Assembly: GCA_050950825.1 (NCBI GenBank)
Contig: JBMNIH010000004.1
Span: forward strand, 320,001-384,000
Origin: Clostridia bacterium
Lineage (GTDB): Bacteria; Bacillota; Clostridia; JAAYHZ01
Direction of reading: 5' to 3'
Length of the DNA stretch: 64,000 nucleotides
Shown here: piece by piece, positions 1-9,101 of the stretch
How the letters are laid out: each line of letters opens with the position of its first letter
Numbering within the stretch: the first letter of the stretch is position 1
Made by a program: the position numbers and the translations under genes
The notes under the pieces: model-generated
The model's database searches: none
Told to the model about the DNA's origin: nothing
What the model saw: the letters and a program-made list of their open reading frames with translations, nothing else

Positions 1-2
1 AA

Positions 3-245
3 AGCTGGAGAAGAGTCGTATCGGCTGCGATTATAAACGGTATCCCGGTACCCGGATTCACCTCGGCTTTATCTTACTTCGACGGATATCGGAAAGAAGT
101 ACTTCCCGCAAACTTACTGCAAGCACAACGCGACTACTTCGGTGCTCATACCTATGAAAGAGTCGATAAGCCCAGAGGAGAGTTCTTCCATACCAATTGG
201 ACCGGAAGAGGCGGAGAAACATCGGCGACACAATACAATGTATAA
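3..245 (+). CDS. gnd: 6-phosphogluconate dehydrogenase (decarboxylating), C-terminal part; 5' end outside window
   Basis: Not in the ORF track. Frame from base 3 reads [53 protein letters not shown]...FHTNW, with the conserved Gnd C-terminal motif [18 protein letters not shown]; stop TAA at 243-245. Confidence 0.93.
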   Translation, partial: SWRRVVSAAIINGIPVPGFTSALSYFDGYRKEVLPANLLQAQRDYFGAHTYERVDKPRGEFFHTNWTGRGGETSATQYNV

Positions 246-271
246 AAGAACGAACAAAGTTGGCGAAGAAT

Positions 272-300
272 ATGAGGATGTTTTTCAAAAACATCCTCAT
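272..300. repeat. Perfect 29-bp inverted repeat (14-bp arms) between gnd and the SDR gene
   Basis: ATGAGGATGTTTTT-C-AAAAACATCCTCAT; no U-tract follows on the + strand. Confidence 0.8.
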
Positions 301-329
301 GACATATAATCAAAGAAAGTGGAAGAGGA

Positions 330-1196
330 GTGAATACAGTGAATTTACCGTTTAAAATTGATTTGACGAATAAAGTTGCAGTTATAACCGGTGGCGGAGG
401 AATTTTATGCGGCGCTTTCGCAAAAGCGTTGGCGGCTTGCGGTGCCAAGGTAGCCGTATTGGATTTAAGAAAACCCAATGCCGATAAAGTGGCCGATGAA
501 ATTGTACAGAACGGCGGAATTGCTATCGGCGTAGAATGCAATGTTTTGGAAAAAGAAAGCGTTGAAAATGCAAGAAAGGTCGTAACCGAAGGCTTGGGAA
601 CCTGCGACATCCTCATCAACGGAGCAGGCGGAAACCATCCGAAGGGAACAACCACAAAAGAATACTTGTTTAAAGAAGACTTGCTTAATAAAGAAGAAGG
701 CGTAATTACATTCTTTGATTTGGACCAAAAAGGAATCGAATTCGTATTTAATTTAAACTTTATCGGAACCTTGATTCCCACCCAAGTCTTTGCAAAAGAC
801 ATGATCGACAAGAAGGATGCGGTGGTCATTAACATATCTTCCATGAATGCCTTTACACCGCTGACCAAGATCCCGGCATACAGCGGCGCGAAAGCGGCCG
901 TATCCAACTTTACCCAATGGTTAGCCGTTCATTTATCGAAGGTCGGCATCCGTGTTAACGCCATTGCTCCGGGATTCTTCCTGACGGATCAAAACAGAAG
1001 CCTGTTAATCAATCCGGACGGAACCTACACCGATCGTTCGAAGAAGATTTTAAGCCAGACTCCCATGGAACGCTTCGGAGATCCGGAAGATTTGATCGGT
1101 ACCCTGCTGTGGTTAGTGGATGCAAAGGCCTCCGGATTTGTTAACGGTACGGTAATACCGGTTGACGGCGGATTCTCTGCTTATTCCGGTGTGTAA
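330..1196 (+). CDS. uxuB: SDR-family oxidoreductase, probable D-mannonate oxidoreductase (fructuronate reductase)
   Basis: TGGGGILC Rossmann motif, INGAGGN, YSGAK catalytic YxxxK, NAIAPGFF and C-terminal PVDGGFSAYSGV, typical of SDR-type UxuB; SD GAGGAG region upstream. Confidence 0.75.
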   Translation: MNTVNLPFKIDLTNKVAVITGGGGILCGAFAKALAACGAKVAVLDLRKPNADKVADEIVQNGGIAIGVECNVLEKESVENARKVVTEGLGTCDILINGAGGNHPKGTTTKEYLFKEDLLNKEEGVITFFDLDQKGIEFVFNLNFIGTLIPTQVFAKDMIDKKDAVVINISSMNAFTPLTKIPAYSGAKAAVSNFTQWLAVHLSKVGIRVNAIAPGFFLTDQNRSLLINPDGTYTDRSKKILSQTPMERFGDPEDLIGTLLWLVDAKASGFVNGTVIPVDGGFSAYSGV

Positions 1197-1237
1197 GGAG
1201 GCGGTTTGACGAACCGTAAAAACGGAGGTGAATTGTT

Positions 1238-2512
1238 ATGAAAAGTATCTTTGTGAAGCCCGATAAGGGATTCGTTACCGATGAAATGTTGAATGATGCG
1301 ATAAAACAATCTTTGGAGGGTCGTATAGAAAGCTTGAAAAAAGTTTTGATCATACCTCCGGATTTTACTCGTTTTCATTCTTTAGCGGGAAAAATCACCG
1401 CAATATATTACAATTTATTAAAGAATAGCTGCGAGATTGACATACTGCCGGCATTGGGAACCCATGATCCCATGACAAAGGAGCAGGTTTTGGAAATGTT
1501 CGGACCGGACGTTCCCTTTGATCGTTTTATCCATCATAATTGGAAAAAAGACGTTATCAAAATCGGAGAAGTGCCTGCGGAATTTGTAGCCGAAGTATCC
1601 GAAGGTCTCGTTACAAACGCCATTGCCGTGGAGGTAAACAAGCTCATCATGGACAAATCCTATGACTTGGTTCTTTCCATCGGGCAAGTGGTTCCTCACG
1701 AGGTCGTGGGAATGGCCAACTACAGCAAGAACATCTTTGTAGGCTGCGGTGGCAATACCATGATCAACCAATCCCATATGTTAGGTGCCTTCTACGGAAT
1801 GGAAAGAATGATGGGTCGAGATCATACCCCGGTAAGAAAAGTGTTCGACTATGCCGAGCAAAACTTCTTGAAGGACGTTCCGTTGATGTATGTTTTGACC
1901 GTTACCACGGCGGTTCTGGACGAAGTGACCCTTCACGGTTTGTTCATTGGACGTGAACGGAAAGTTTTCGAAGAAGCCGTCGCTTTGGCTCAACAAAAGA
2001 ACTTAACGTACGTAGATGAACCCTTAAAGAAAGTCGTCGTATACTTGGACGAAAGGGAGTTCAAGAGCACTTGGTTAGGAAATAAATCGATCTACCGCAC
2101 CCGTATGGCCATTGCCGACGGCGGCGAACTTATCGTTCTTGCACCCGGCGTCCATAAGTTCGGGGAAGACGAAAGAAATGACGAATTAATCCGTAAATAC
2201 GGATATGTAGGCCGTGACAGAGTATTGGAGCTGACCAAGACCGAAGAAGACCTGCAAAACAACTTGTCCGTTGCCGCGCATTTGATTCACGGGTCATCCG
2301 ACGGCAGATTCTCCATCACCTATGCGGTGGACAAGCTGACCAAGGAAGAAACGGAGCAAGTCAACTTCATTTACGCGGACTACAACGAGATCATTAAAAA
2401 ATACGATCCGAAAAAATTGAAAGACGGATTTAACACGCTCCCGGACGGAGAAGAGATTTACTACATCAGCAACCCGGCATTAGGCTTGTGGGCGGATAAA
2501 AACAAGTTTTAA
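1238..2512 (+). CDS. LarA-family (nickel-pincer, DUF2088) hydroxyacid racemase/epimerase; candidate D-mannonate/D-gluconate 2-epimerase
   Basis: LarA motifs PDFTR, ALGTH, VPH...NYSK and INQSH; SD GGAGG; context after gnd and a mannonate oxidoreductase. Confidence 0.75.
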   Translation: MKSIFVKPDKGFVTDEMLNDAIKQSLEGRIESLKKVLIIPPDFTRFHSLAGKITAIYYNLLKNSCEIDILPALGTHDPMTKEQVLEMFGPDVPFDRFIHHNWKKDVIKIGEVPAEFVAEVSEGLVTNAIAVEVNKLIMDKSYDLVLSIGQVVPHEVVGMANYSKNIFVGCGGNTMINQSHMLGAFYGMERMMGRDHTPVRKVFDYAEQNFLKDVPLMYVLTVTTAVLDEVTLHGLFIGRERKVFEEAVALAQQKNLTYVDEPLKKVVVYLDEREFKSTWLGNKSIYRTRMAIADGGELIVLAPGVHKFGEDERNDELIRKYGYVGRDRVLELTKTEEDLQNNLSVAAHLIHGSSDGRFSITYAVDKLTKEETEQVNFIYADYNEIIKKYDPKKLKDGFNTLPDGEEIYYISNPALGLWADKNKF

Positions 2513-2521
2513 ATGAAAATG

Positions 2522-2559
2522 AAAACCTTCGAAATGATTTTGAGTTCGAAGGTTTTTTT
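2522..2559 (+). terminator. Intrinsic terminator
   Basis: AAAACCTTCGAA...TTCGAAGGTTTT followed by a T-tract, just after the stop at 2512. Confidence 0.75.
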
Positions 2560-2658
2560 GTAACCTTTTGCTTCATGAAACGGGTGCCATAGGATAGAAT
2601 AAGGAAAAGTCGTTACGGTTGTGATTTTGAACAATAAAGAATAGGAGAGGTGAGCAAT

Positions 2659-3867
2659 ATGAGTGAAATCATCAACAACAGAGAATATCGTCAAAAGGTT
2701 CTGAAGGAATTGATTGGAGAGCTCCATGCGGGAAAAACCGTGGAAGAAGTAAAGCCTCGTTTTGAAGAGCTGATAAAAGGTGTTTCCGTTAAAGAAATAT
2801 CCGAAATGGAGCAGGCTTTAATCAAGGAAGGATTGGCCGTCAAAGAGATTCAACGGTTGTGCGATGTACATGCGGCTGTTTTCAAAGGATCCATTGAAGA
2901 GATCCATAGGGAAACAAAGCCCGAAGAAACCGTAGGCCACCCGGTTCATACATTCAAGGAGGAAAACAAGTTCATAAAAGAGTTGATCGACGAAAAAATC
3001 ATACCGGGCATGAAACGGTATAAGGAGGAGGGGGACAAGGATGCTTTGCTCAAGCCTCTGCAGCAGCTGTTGGAAATCGACAAACACTATTCAAGAAAAG
3101 AGAATTTGCTGTTTCCCTATCTTGAAAAATACAATATTACGGCTCCGCCAAAAGTGATGTGGGGTGTAGACGACCAAATTCGAGACGCTTTGAAGGAATG
3201 TGTTCGGTTGCTAATGGATGATACGGATGCGGATACGGTGATTGCGAAAACCGAAACAGCCGTGAATAAAGTAAATGAGATGATATATAAAGAGGAAAAC
3301 ATACTGTTCCCCATGGCGTTAGATACTTTGTCGGAGGACGAATGGCTGAAGATTGCCAAAGAAAGCTCCGAAATCGGATTTTTCTTCTACGAACCGAAAG
3401 AAGAATGGGTGCCCGAGCGTCAGCCCGAAGTAAGCGGACCGAAAGCCGATATCGGACCCCGGGACCATATCGAATTCGATGCAGGACACATGACTCCGGA
3501 AGAAATCAACGCTCTTTTGAATACATTGCCGTTAGACATTACTTTTGTAGGTAAAGACGGCAGAGTGAAGTATTTCTCCCAAGGCAAGGAGCGTATTTTT
3601 GCTCGTCCTAAAACCGTTCTCGGAAGGACCGTTCAAAATTGCCATCCGCCTGCAAGCGTTCATGTGGTGGAAAAAGTGGTGGAAAATCTCATGAGCGGGA
3701 AAAAGGACCGGGAAGATTTTTGGATCAAGATGGGAGACAAGTTCGTTTTAATACAATATTTTGCCGTAAGAAATGCAAAAGGAGAATTCCTCGGCATCAT
3801 GGAATGCTCGAGAGACATTAAACCGTTACAAGAAATAACCGGAGAAAAAAGACTTCTTTCGGACTAA
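2659..3867 (+). CDS. DUF438 / hemerythrin-like / PAS domain protein
   Basis: N-terminal EI..MEQ.LI.EG...LCDVHA (DUF438); GHPV..F..EN, HY.RKEN and KEE.ILFP hemerythrin-like His/Glu motifs; C-terminal LP.DITFV...NCHP PAS domain. ATG at 2659 preferred over GTG at 2650. Confidence 0.8.
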   Translation: MSEIINNREYRQKVLKELIGELHAGKTVEEVKPRFEELIKGVSVKEISEMEQALIKEGLAVKEIQRLCDVHAAVFKGSIEEIHRETKPEETVGHPVHTFKEENKFIKELIDEKIIPGMKRYKEEGDKDALLKPLQQLLEIDKHYSRKENLLFPYLEKYNITAPPKVMWGVDDQIRDALKECVRLLMDDTDADTVIAKTETAVNKVNEMIYKEENILFPMALDTLSEDEWLKIAKESSEIGFFFYEPKEEWVPERQPEVSGPKADIGPRDHIEFDAGHMTPEEINALLNTLPLDITFVGKDGRVKYFSQGKERIFARPKTVLGRTVQNCHPPASVHVVEKVVENLMSGKKDREDFWIKMGDKFVLIQYFAVRNAKGEFLGIMECSRDIKPLQEITGEKRLLSD

Positions 3868-3883
3868 ATGCATAAAGGTATAT

Positions 3884-3911
3884 AAAAAGGCTGTTCGCAA
3901 CAGCCTTTTTT
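3884..3911 (+). terminator. Intrinsic terminator, potentially bidirectional
   Basis: AAAAAGGCTGTT-CGC-AACAGCCTTTTTT. Confidence 0.8.
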
Positions 3912-4001
3912 ACGCGCATTCCATTCGTTTAATGTCCCTGTATTTGGAAGGAGAAATACCCATAAAGTGAACAAAGTTTCGATAGAATGTACTAAATAAT
4001 C

Positions 4002-4043
4002 AAAAAGAGGCCTGTACATAGCCTTACGGTGTACAGGCCTCTT
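4002..4043 (-). terminator. Intrinsic terminator of the minus-strand epimerase gene
   Basis: AAGAGGCCTGTACA...TGTACAGGCCTCTT, with an A-run on the left (U-tract on the minus strand). Confidence 0.75.
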
Positions 4044-4063
4044 GAACTTACCTGTAAATTTTA

Positions 4064-4930
4064 TTAAACCCAGCCGAGATCCTTCATGACGGATTTAAAG
4101 TAAGCCAAGTCAACCTGTGCATACCATTCGCGGTCACCGGCACGAGGAGCTTCGATGCAAATGGGACCGTTAAACCCGGTTTCTTTCAAGGTTCTCAAAT
4201 ATTCGCGGTGATTGATTTCCCCGTCGGCTAGCGAGGTGGCAACACGTTTGCCGCCCACATTGATGCTGTTCTTCAAGTGAGCATAGAACAGTTTGTCTCC
4301 TAAATTCTTAATGGTTTCTTTGATGCTCGGATTTTTCGGGAAATAAACGGCATTGCCGTAATCCAAGTTGACGCCTACGGAAGGTTCGTCAATCAAGTCC
4401 GCCAATTTCTTCGCGGCGGCAGGCGTATCATGAATGTAATTCATATGGGTTTCAAATGCAAAACGGAATCCCAATTCGTTCGCCAATTTTCCCAATTCTT
4501 TAAACTCGGTCGCCCATTTCCATTGATCTTCCGTAGCAATAAACGAACCGTGCTTGTCGTATTCGGAGTAGGGAGTTCCCGGAGTAGGGTTCATTAAGCT
4601 ACCCGTGAAAGTGTTGACAACCGTTAATTTGAATCTTTCGGATGCAAGACGGAAAAAGTTAATAGCCCATTGAATTTCCGCTTCTCTTGCGCTTTTATCG
4701 GGTTTGTTAAGATTAGGTCCCGGTCCTCCGAAAAGAACATACTTCAAACCGCTTTTCCGAACGCCTTCCGCAATACTGTCCAGATATTCTTCGGTGGTTT
4801 CTTCGACACCGGTTCTTTTGCTTCTGAATTCGACGCCGTCATATCCCCAAGAAACTGCCTTTTCACATATTTCCAATATGGTTTGTCCTTGCTCGCAGTA
4901 ATTAACGTGCATAATAATAGGTATCGACAT
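4064..4930 (-). CDS. Sugar phosphate isomerase/epimerase (xylose isomerase-like TIM barrel)
   Basis: GYDGVE, FETH, NLDYGN, HLKN and CIE metal-ligand pattern (E/D/H/E); SD GAGGAGG. Confidence 0.8.
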   Translation of the reverse strand: MSIPIIMHVNYCEQGQTILEICEKAVSWGYDGVEFRSKRTGVEETTEEYLDSIAEGVRKSGLKYVLFGGPGPNLNKPDKSAREAEIQWAINFFRLASERFKLTVVNTFTGSLMNPTPGTPYSEYDKHGSFIATEDQWKWATEFKELGKLANELGFRFAFETHMNYIHDTPAAAKKLADLIDEPSVGVNLDYGNAVYFPKNPSIKETIKNLGDKLFYAHLKNSINVGGKRVATSLADGEINHREYLRTLKETGFNGPICIEAPRAGDREWYAQVDLAYFKSVMKDLGWV

Positions 4931-5093
4931 ATGACTACCTCCTCGTATATTGTATGCTATATGCCATTGAATCTATTGTATAATCATTATCTTTTGAAGT
5001 CAACGAAACCGCAGTGAAAAACACAGACCGAATATGGAACATTTTGTGATGAGCGTAAATAGAATAATGATATAAGTCAAAAAGGGTGGTTGT

Positions 5094-6365
5094 ATGGAAA
5101 CATTACGAATCGGTTCTACGGGTCCGTATGTGAAACTGATACAGAGTCTTTTGCGGAGAATCGGTTACGACCCCGGTCCGGTGGACGGGGTTTTCGGTAA
5201 TCGTACGCGTCAAGCGGTAGCCGCGTACCAAAGAGACAACGGTCTGGCCTCCGACGGTATTGTAGGACCTCGAACCTGGGAAAGCTTTATGAATATATTA
5301 AGAGGATACGACAGCTATATGATCCGCCCGGGAGATACGCTGTATAACATTGCGAGACGATATTACACGACGGTAAACGCCATTTTGACGGCGAATCCCG
5401 GCATCGACCCCGACAATTTGATCGTCGGCGAATTGCTGATCGTACCTTACGGAATCGATGTGGTCTTTACCGATATTGATTATACATATACCATTTTGGA
5501 AATGAATATAATGGCTCTTCAATCAAGGTATCCTTTTTTGGAAACCGGCACCATTGGTAACAGCGTGTTAGGCAAAAACCTTTATTACATCCGTATCGGA
5601 AACGGACCGACGGAGGTTTCCTATAACGGGGCGCACCATGCTTTGGAATGGATCACGTCTCCGCTATTGATGAAATTTATAGAGGAGTTCAGTAAAGCCT
5701 ATTCGAACGGCACGGCGTTAAGAGGATACGACCCACGGGAAATATTCGAAAGCAGCAGCATCTATATCGTCCCCATGGTAAATCCGGATGGGGTAGACCT
5801 TGTTTTGGAAGGCTTGGAGCCCGACAATCCCTATTACGACGAATTGCTGCAGTGGAACGATACGGGAAGGCCTTTCTCCGCCGTATGGAATGCCAATATT
5901 CGAGGGGTGGATTTAAACCGAAACTATCCTGCCAGCTGGGAAGAGGCGAAAGCCCAAGAAGAACAATTGGGCATCACGGGGCCGGGTCCCACAAGGTACG
6001 GCGGTCCTGCTCCGCTGTCGGAGCCGGAAACCCGGGCCATGGTTCGATTTACACGGGATCACGACTTTAAACTGGTGATCGCTTATCATACCCAAGGCCG
6101 GGTTATCTATTGGAAGTATAAGGACATTCGAACGCCTAGAGATTTGGAGATCGCTAACATCTTCGCCGAAGCGACCGGATATACCGTATCCGATACGCCG
6201 TACGAAGCGGCATTTGCAGGATACAAGGATTGGTTCATTGAAGAATTTCGAAGGCCGGGATATACCTTTGAGGTGGGCTTAGGCGTCAATCCGCTGCCCA
6301 TATCCCAATTCGACACGATTTACCGCAACAACGAGGAAGCGATGCTGTTAGCGCCAATTGTGTAA
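5094..6365 (+). CDS. Gamma-D-glutamyl-meso-diaminopimelate peptidase-like M14 metallopeptidase with PG-binding and LysM domains
   Basis: PG_binding_1 (DGVFG..T..AV..YQ...GL..DGIVGP.T), LysM (Y.IRPGDTLY.IA..Y), M14 zinc motif HALE, GVDLNRN, YHTQG. Confidence 0.85.
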   Translation: METLRIGSTGPYVKLIQSLLRRIGYDPGPVDGVFGNRTRQAVAAYQRDNGLASDGIVGPRTWESFMNILRGYDSYMIRPGDTLYNIARRYYTTVNAILTANPGIDPDNLIVGELLIVPYGIDVVFTDIDYTYTILEMNIMALQSRYPFLETGTIGNSVLGKNLYYIRIGNGPTEVSYNGAHHALEWITSPLLMKFIEEFSKAYSNGTALRGYDPREIFESSSIYIVPMVNPDGVDLVLEGLEPDNPYYDELLQWNDTGRPFSAVWNANIRGVDLNRNYPASWEEAKAQEEQLGITGPGPTRYGGPAPLSEPETRAMVRFTRDHDFKLVIAYHTQGRVIYWKYKDIRTPRDLEIANIFAEATGYTVSDTPYEAAFAGYKDWFIEEFRRPGYTFEVGLGVNPLPISQFDTIYRNNEEAMLLAPIV

Positions 6366-6385
6366 AGAAAAAACATGAAAAACAC

Positions 6386-6415
6386 CGCAACCCGCCGGAT
6401 TTATGGCGGGTTGCG
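6386..6415. terminator. GC-rich hairpin between convergent genes
   Basis: CGCAACCCGCC...GGCGGGTTGCG. Confidence 0.65.
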
Positions 6416-6422
6416 ATGAGAA

Positions 6423-6794
6423 TTATTTACTCTTTATGATTTCCAACCAGTAGCCGTCCGGATCTTCGATAAAATAGAAGCGGCCGTTGCTTTCTTGGCA
6501 AACGCAGCCCATTTCTTGGTGCTTTTTGTACGATTCTTCGTACTCGTCGGTTACAAAGGCCAGGTGAAATTCATTGTCTCCCAAATTGTAAGGCCTGTCC
6601 CAATCCTTAAGCCAAGTTAACTCCAATTGATGTTGACTCGATCCGTCTTCCAAAAAGACCAGAATGAATTTTCCTTCCGGTTGTTCGTAGCGGCGAACTT
6701 CCTTTAAACCTAACGCTTCTTTGTAAAAGGCCAAGCTTTTTTCAAGATCGAATACATTAAAATTGTTATGCACCATCTTAAACTTCATATCCAT
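6423..6794 (-). CDS. gloA: VOC family protein / lactoylglutathione lyase
   Basis: HNNFNVFDLEKSLAFY, LELTW, YNLGDNEFHLAF, FIEDPDGYWLEI. Confidence 0.8.
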   Translation of the reverse strand: MDMKFKMVHNNFNVFDLEKSLAFYKEALGLKEVRRYEQPEGKFILVFLEDGSSQHQLELTWLKDWDRPYNLGDNEFHLAFVTDEYEESYKKHQEMGCVCQESNGRFYFIEDPDGYWLEIIKSK

Positions 6795-6831
6795 TATCTC
6801 CTTTATTTATAGATCTTTTTTATGAAAAGCT

Positions 6832-7587
6832 TTATACGTTTTCTTTTTCGTACTTTATAGTTTGCCCTTTACGGTCAATTACGGCAATCTCAACGGGCAA
6901 TCGGCTGCAAATCTGCTTGAAATCCTTCGTTACCCGATAATTGTCGCCAAAATGCATGGGGACAAACAGATCGGGTTTCATCAATTCAATAAAGTATTTT
7001 CCCCCGAGATAATAATATTCTTTTAATCGGGGATCCACCGGGAAAAACGCCACGTCAACAGGCTCGTCTTTCATTTTCTCCATTTCGTCGATGAATTTTT
7101 GACGGTCTTCGATCAATTCTTCTTCCGTGGATTCGTAGTACCAATACCACATATTCAGATCTCCGGCGTGGAAAATATTCAATCGATCCGTTTGCACGAA
7201 AAAGGATACGCCCAAATCCGTGGAGCCGTATGTCTTTACCGTTAAATCGCCCTTCATATATGTCTCGTAGGGACTCATCAATTTCATGTTGCCGATTCCT
7301 TTGTCAACCTTAATATCGTCGCTTAAAATGTAGTGAATATCGGGAACCTTATCCGCCCATTCCCATATGACGGGGTCATAATGATCCGGATGGCTGTGGC
7401 TGGAGAAAACGATCGTTTCTTTTTCTTTCGGGAACCGGTCGGGATCTAAAAACTCGTCCCGAGACAAGGAGGGTTTTTTGCTTCGTTTGAATCTTTCCCA
7501 ATAGTCGAACACCAGAAACCGCGTCGGTGTTTCTACGGAAAAACCGCTGTGGTACAAATACCGTACAATAGCTTCGGAACGAGTCAT
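6832..7587 (-). CDS. MBL-fold metallo-hydrolase
   Basis: SHSHPDH, HAGD, PMH motifs; SD GGAGG before the ATG at 7587. Confidence 0.8.
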   Translation of the reverse strand: MTRSEAIVRYLYHSGFSVETPTRFLVFDYWERFKRSKKPSLSRDEFLDPDRFPKEKETIVFSSHSHPDHYDPVIWEWADKVPDIHYILSDDIKVDKGIGNMKLMSPYETYMKGDLTVKTYGSTDLGVSFFVQTDRLNIFHAGDLNMWYWYYESTEEELIEDRQKFIDEMEKMKDEPVDVAFFPVDPRLKEYYYLGGKYFIELMKPDLFVPMHFGDNYRVTKDFKQICSRLPVEIAVIDRKGQTIKYEKENV

Positions 7588-7852
7588 AATGAACCTCCTT
7601 TGCATATGCGAACCGTAGGGTTTCACGATTTATCTGTTTTCATTATACAAAACCTTTCGCGACAACTCAATAAAAAACCGTTTTTCCCGTTCTGCAACCG
7701 TACAATTTACGATATAGCAAATTATTACCGGAATTTGGGTTTCTTTTTGTAAGCGGTTATGGTATAAACGAGCTTGTGCTCTTTCCGTGGATTCCTTCTT
7801 TTTACCTAAGGTCGGTTGTATAAAAGAGACGATAAAAAATAATTAAAGTTCG

Positions 7853-7900
7853 AATTAATAATATTAAAAATTTATCAAATTCTAATTAAAAATATTAAAA
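7853..7900 (+). repeat. Two 17-bp AT-rich direct repeats upstream of the promoter
   Basis: AATTAATAATATTAAAA (7853-7869) and AATTAAAAATATTAAAA (7884-7900), 31-bp period. Confidence 0.5.
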
Positions 7901-7906
7901 TTATAA

Positions 7907-7935
7907 TTGACATATTTAATAGGGGAGAATATAAT
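7907..7935 (+). promoter_or_regulatory. Consensus sigma-A promoter
   Basis: TTGACA (7907-7912), 17 bp spacer, TATAAT (7930-7935). Confidence 0.8.
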
Positions 7936-7997
7936 GATGCTGTGAGTCAGATGTCCGGCATCTCGCAAGAAAAATACTGTTGTAGCAGAATGGAGAT

Positions 7998-8258
7998 GTG
8001 TATAATATGAATAACCGTATTTATTTAAAAGAACATGAAAATTACAAGCGCATAAAAGAGGATGATATTAAGCGGTTTTGTGCTTATGAAAATTTGAACG
8101 AAGACTACATAAAAAGCACCTTAAGAAGATCGAGACCCTTGCTTTCTTTATGGAAAGCGTTGAAAAAGAGGTTGGCCCGCAAAAATTCGGCGACAGAGAA
8201 AACAGTGTTGCCTGCGGCGGAGAAACGTTCAATTAGGGTTTTGAAAACGGTAAAATGA
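7998..8258 (+). CDS. Small basic hypothetical protein
   Basis: 86-codon ORF directly behind the promoter and 16 bp before the DUF2089 gene; no recognised motif; start could be 8007. Confidence 0.5.
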   Translation: MYNMNNRIYLKEHENYKRIKEDDIKRFCAYENLNEDYIKSTLRRSRPLLSLWKALKKRLARKNSATEKTVLPAAEKRSIRVLKTVK

Positions 8259-8274
8259 AAGGAAAGGGATATAT

Positions 8275-8667
8275 ATGAAATATGAAGTTCTCCACAAATG
8301 TCCGGTTTGCAGCAGCTCCCTCGTGATTACTTCGCTTGCTTGTGACAAGTGCAATACAAGAATAGAGGGACGGTTTGAACCAAATATCTTTTCCGTATTG
8401 GATGACAGCGATATGGAATTTCTCTTGGTTTTTCTTCGCTGCAGAGGAAGCATCAAAGATGTGGAAAAAGAACTGGGTGTTTCTTATCCGACGGTTCGAG
8501 GAAAGCTGGACCGATTAATACAAAACTTAGGTCTCAATCCGATTCAAACGCTAGAAGAGGATAATAAGGAAAGAGGGAAGAAACGAAAAGAAATCCTGGA
8601 GGCATTGGAGAAGGGCGAGATTTCACCGAAGGAAGCGATTGATTTGATGAAAAACGTGAAGGAGTAA
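8275..8667 (+). CDS. DUF2089 family protein (Zn ribbon + HTH + SHOCT-like tail)
   Basis: CPVC...C..C, F....F..L, G.IKDVEKELGVSYPTVR.KL and C-terminal EIL..LE.GEIS..EA. Confidence 0.85.
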   Translation: MKYEVLHKCPVCSSSLVITSLACDKCNTRIEGRFEPNIFSVLDDSDMEFLLVFLRCRGSIKDVEKELGVSYPTVRGKLDRLIQNLGLNPIQTLEEDNKERGKKRKEILEALEKGEISPKEAIDLMKNVKE

Positions 8668-8685
8668 AAAAAGGAGGGTATAGAG

Positions 8686-9093
8686 ATGGATGAAAAACTG
8701 AAAATTCTGGAGATGATCGAAAGCGGAAAAATTTCGGCAAAGGAAGGGTTGGATTTACTGAAGGCGTTGGAAGGAGAAACTCATACCGAAGTAAAAAAGA
8801 TCCAAGGCCCCTCTTCCGGTTCAACAAAGAAGTATTTGAGGATTCGCGTAAGAAGCGAAGTGGAAGACGTTAAAAACGTCAATATCAACATCCCCTTGAA
8901 ATTGGCGAGATTGGCATCGAAGTTTGTAAATTTGGTGCCCAAGACCGCACGAGATGAAATGGAAGAACAGGGTATTCGTTTGGAGGACTTAAAATTAGAT
9001 GAGATCATCGATACCTTGGAAGAAGATGCGGAGCCTCTTCAGCTGGTGGATGTGAAGGGTGACGGGGTTAACGTGGATATTTCCATCGAGTAG
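8686..9093 (+). CDS. SHOCT-like domain protein (YvlB N-terminus-like)
   Basis: EKLKILEMIESGKISAKEGLDLLKAL followed by LRIRV...VNINIPL. Confidence 0.75.
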   Translation: MDEKLKILEMIESGKISAKEGLDLLKALEGETHTEVKKIQGPSSGSTKKYLRIRVRSEVEDVKNVNINIPLKLARLASKFVNLVPKTARDEMEEQGIRLEDLKLDEIIDTLEEDAEPLQLVDVKGDGVNVDISIE

Positions 9094-9101
9094 GTAGCGT
9101 C

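Noticed and set aside
152-907. 251-aa minus-strand ORF
   Set aside because: Antisense shadow of gnd and the SDR gene, with no motifs.
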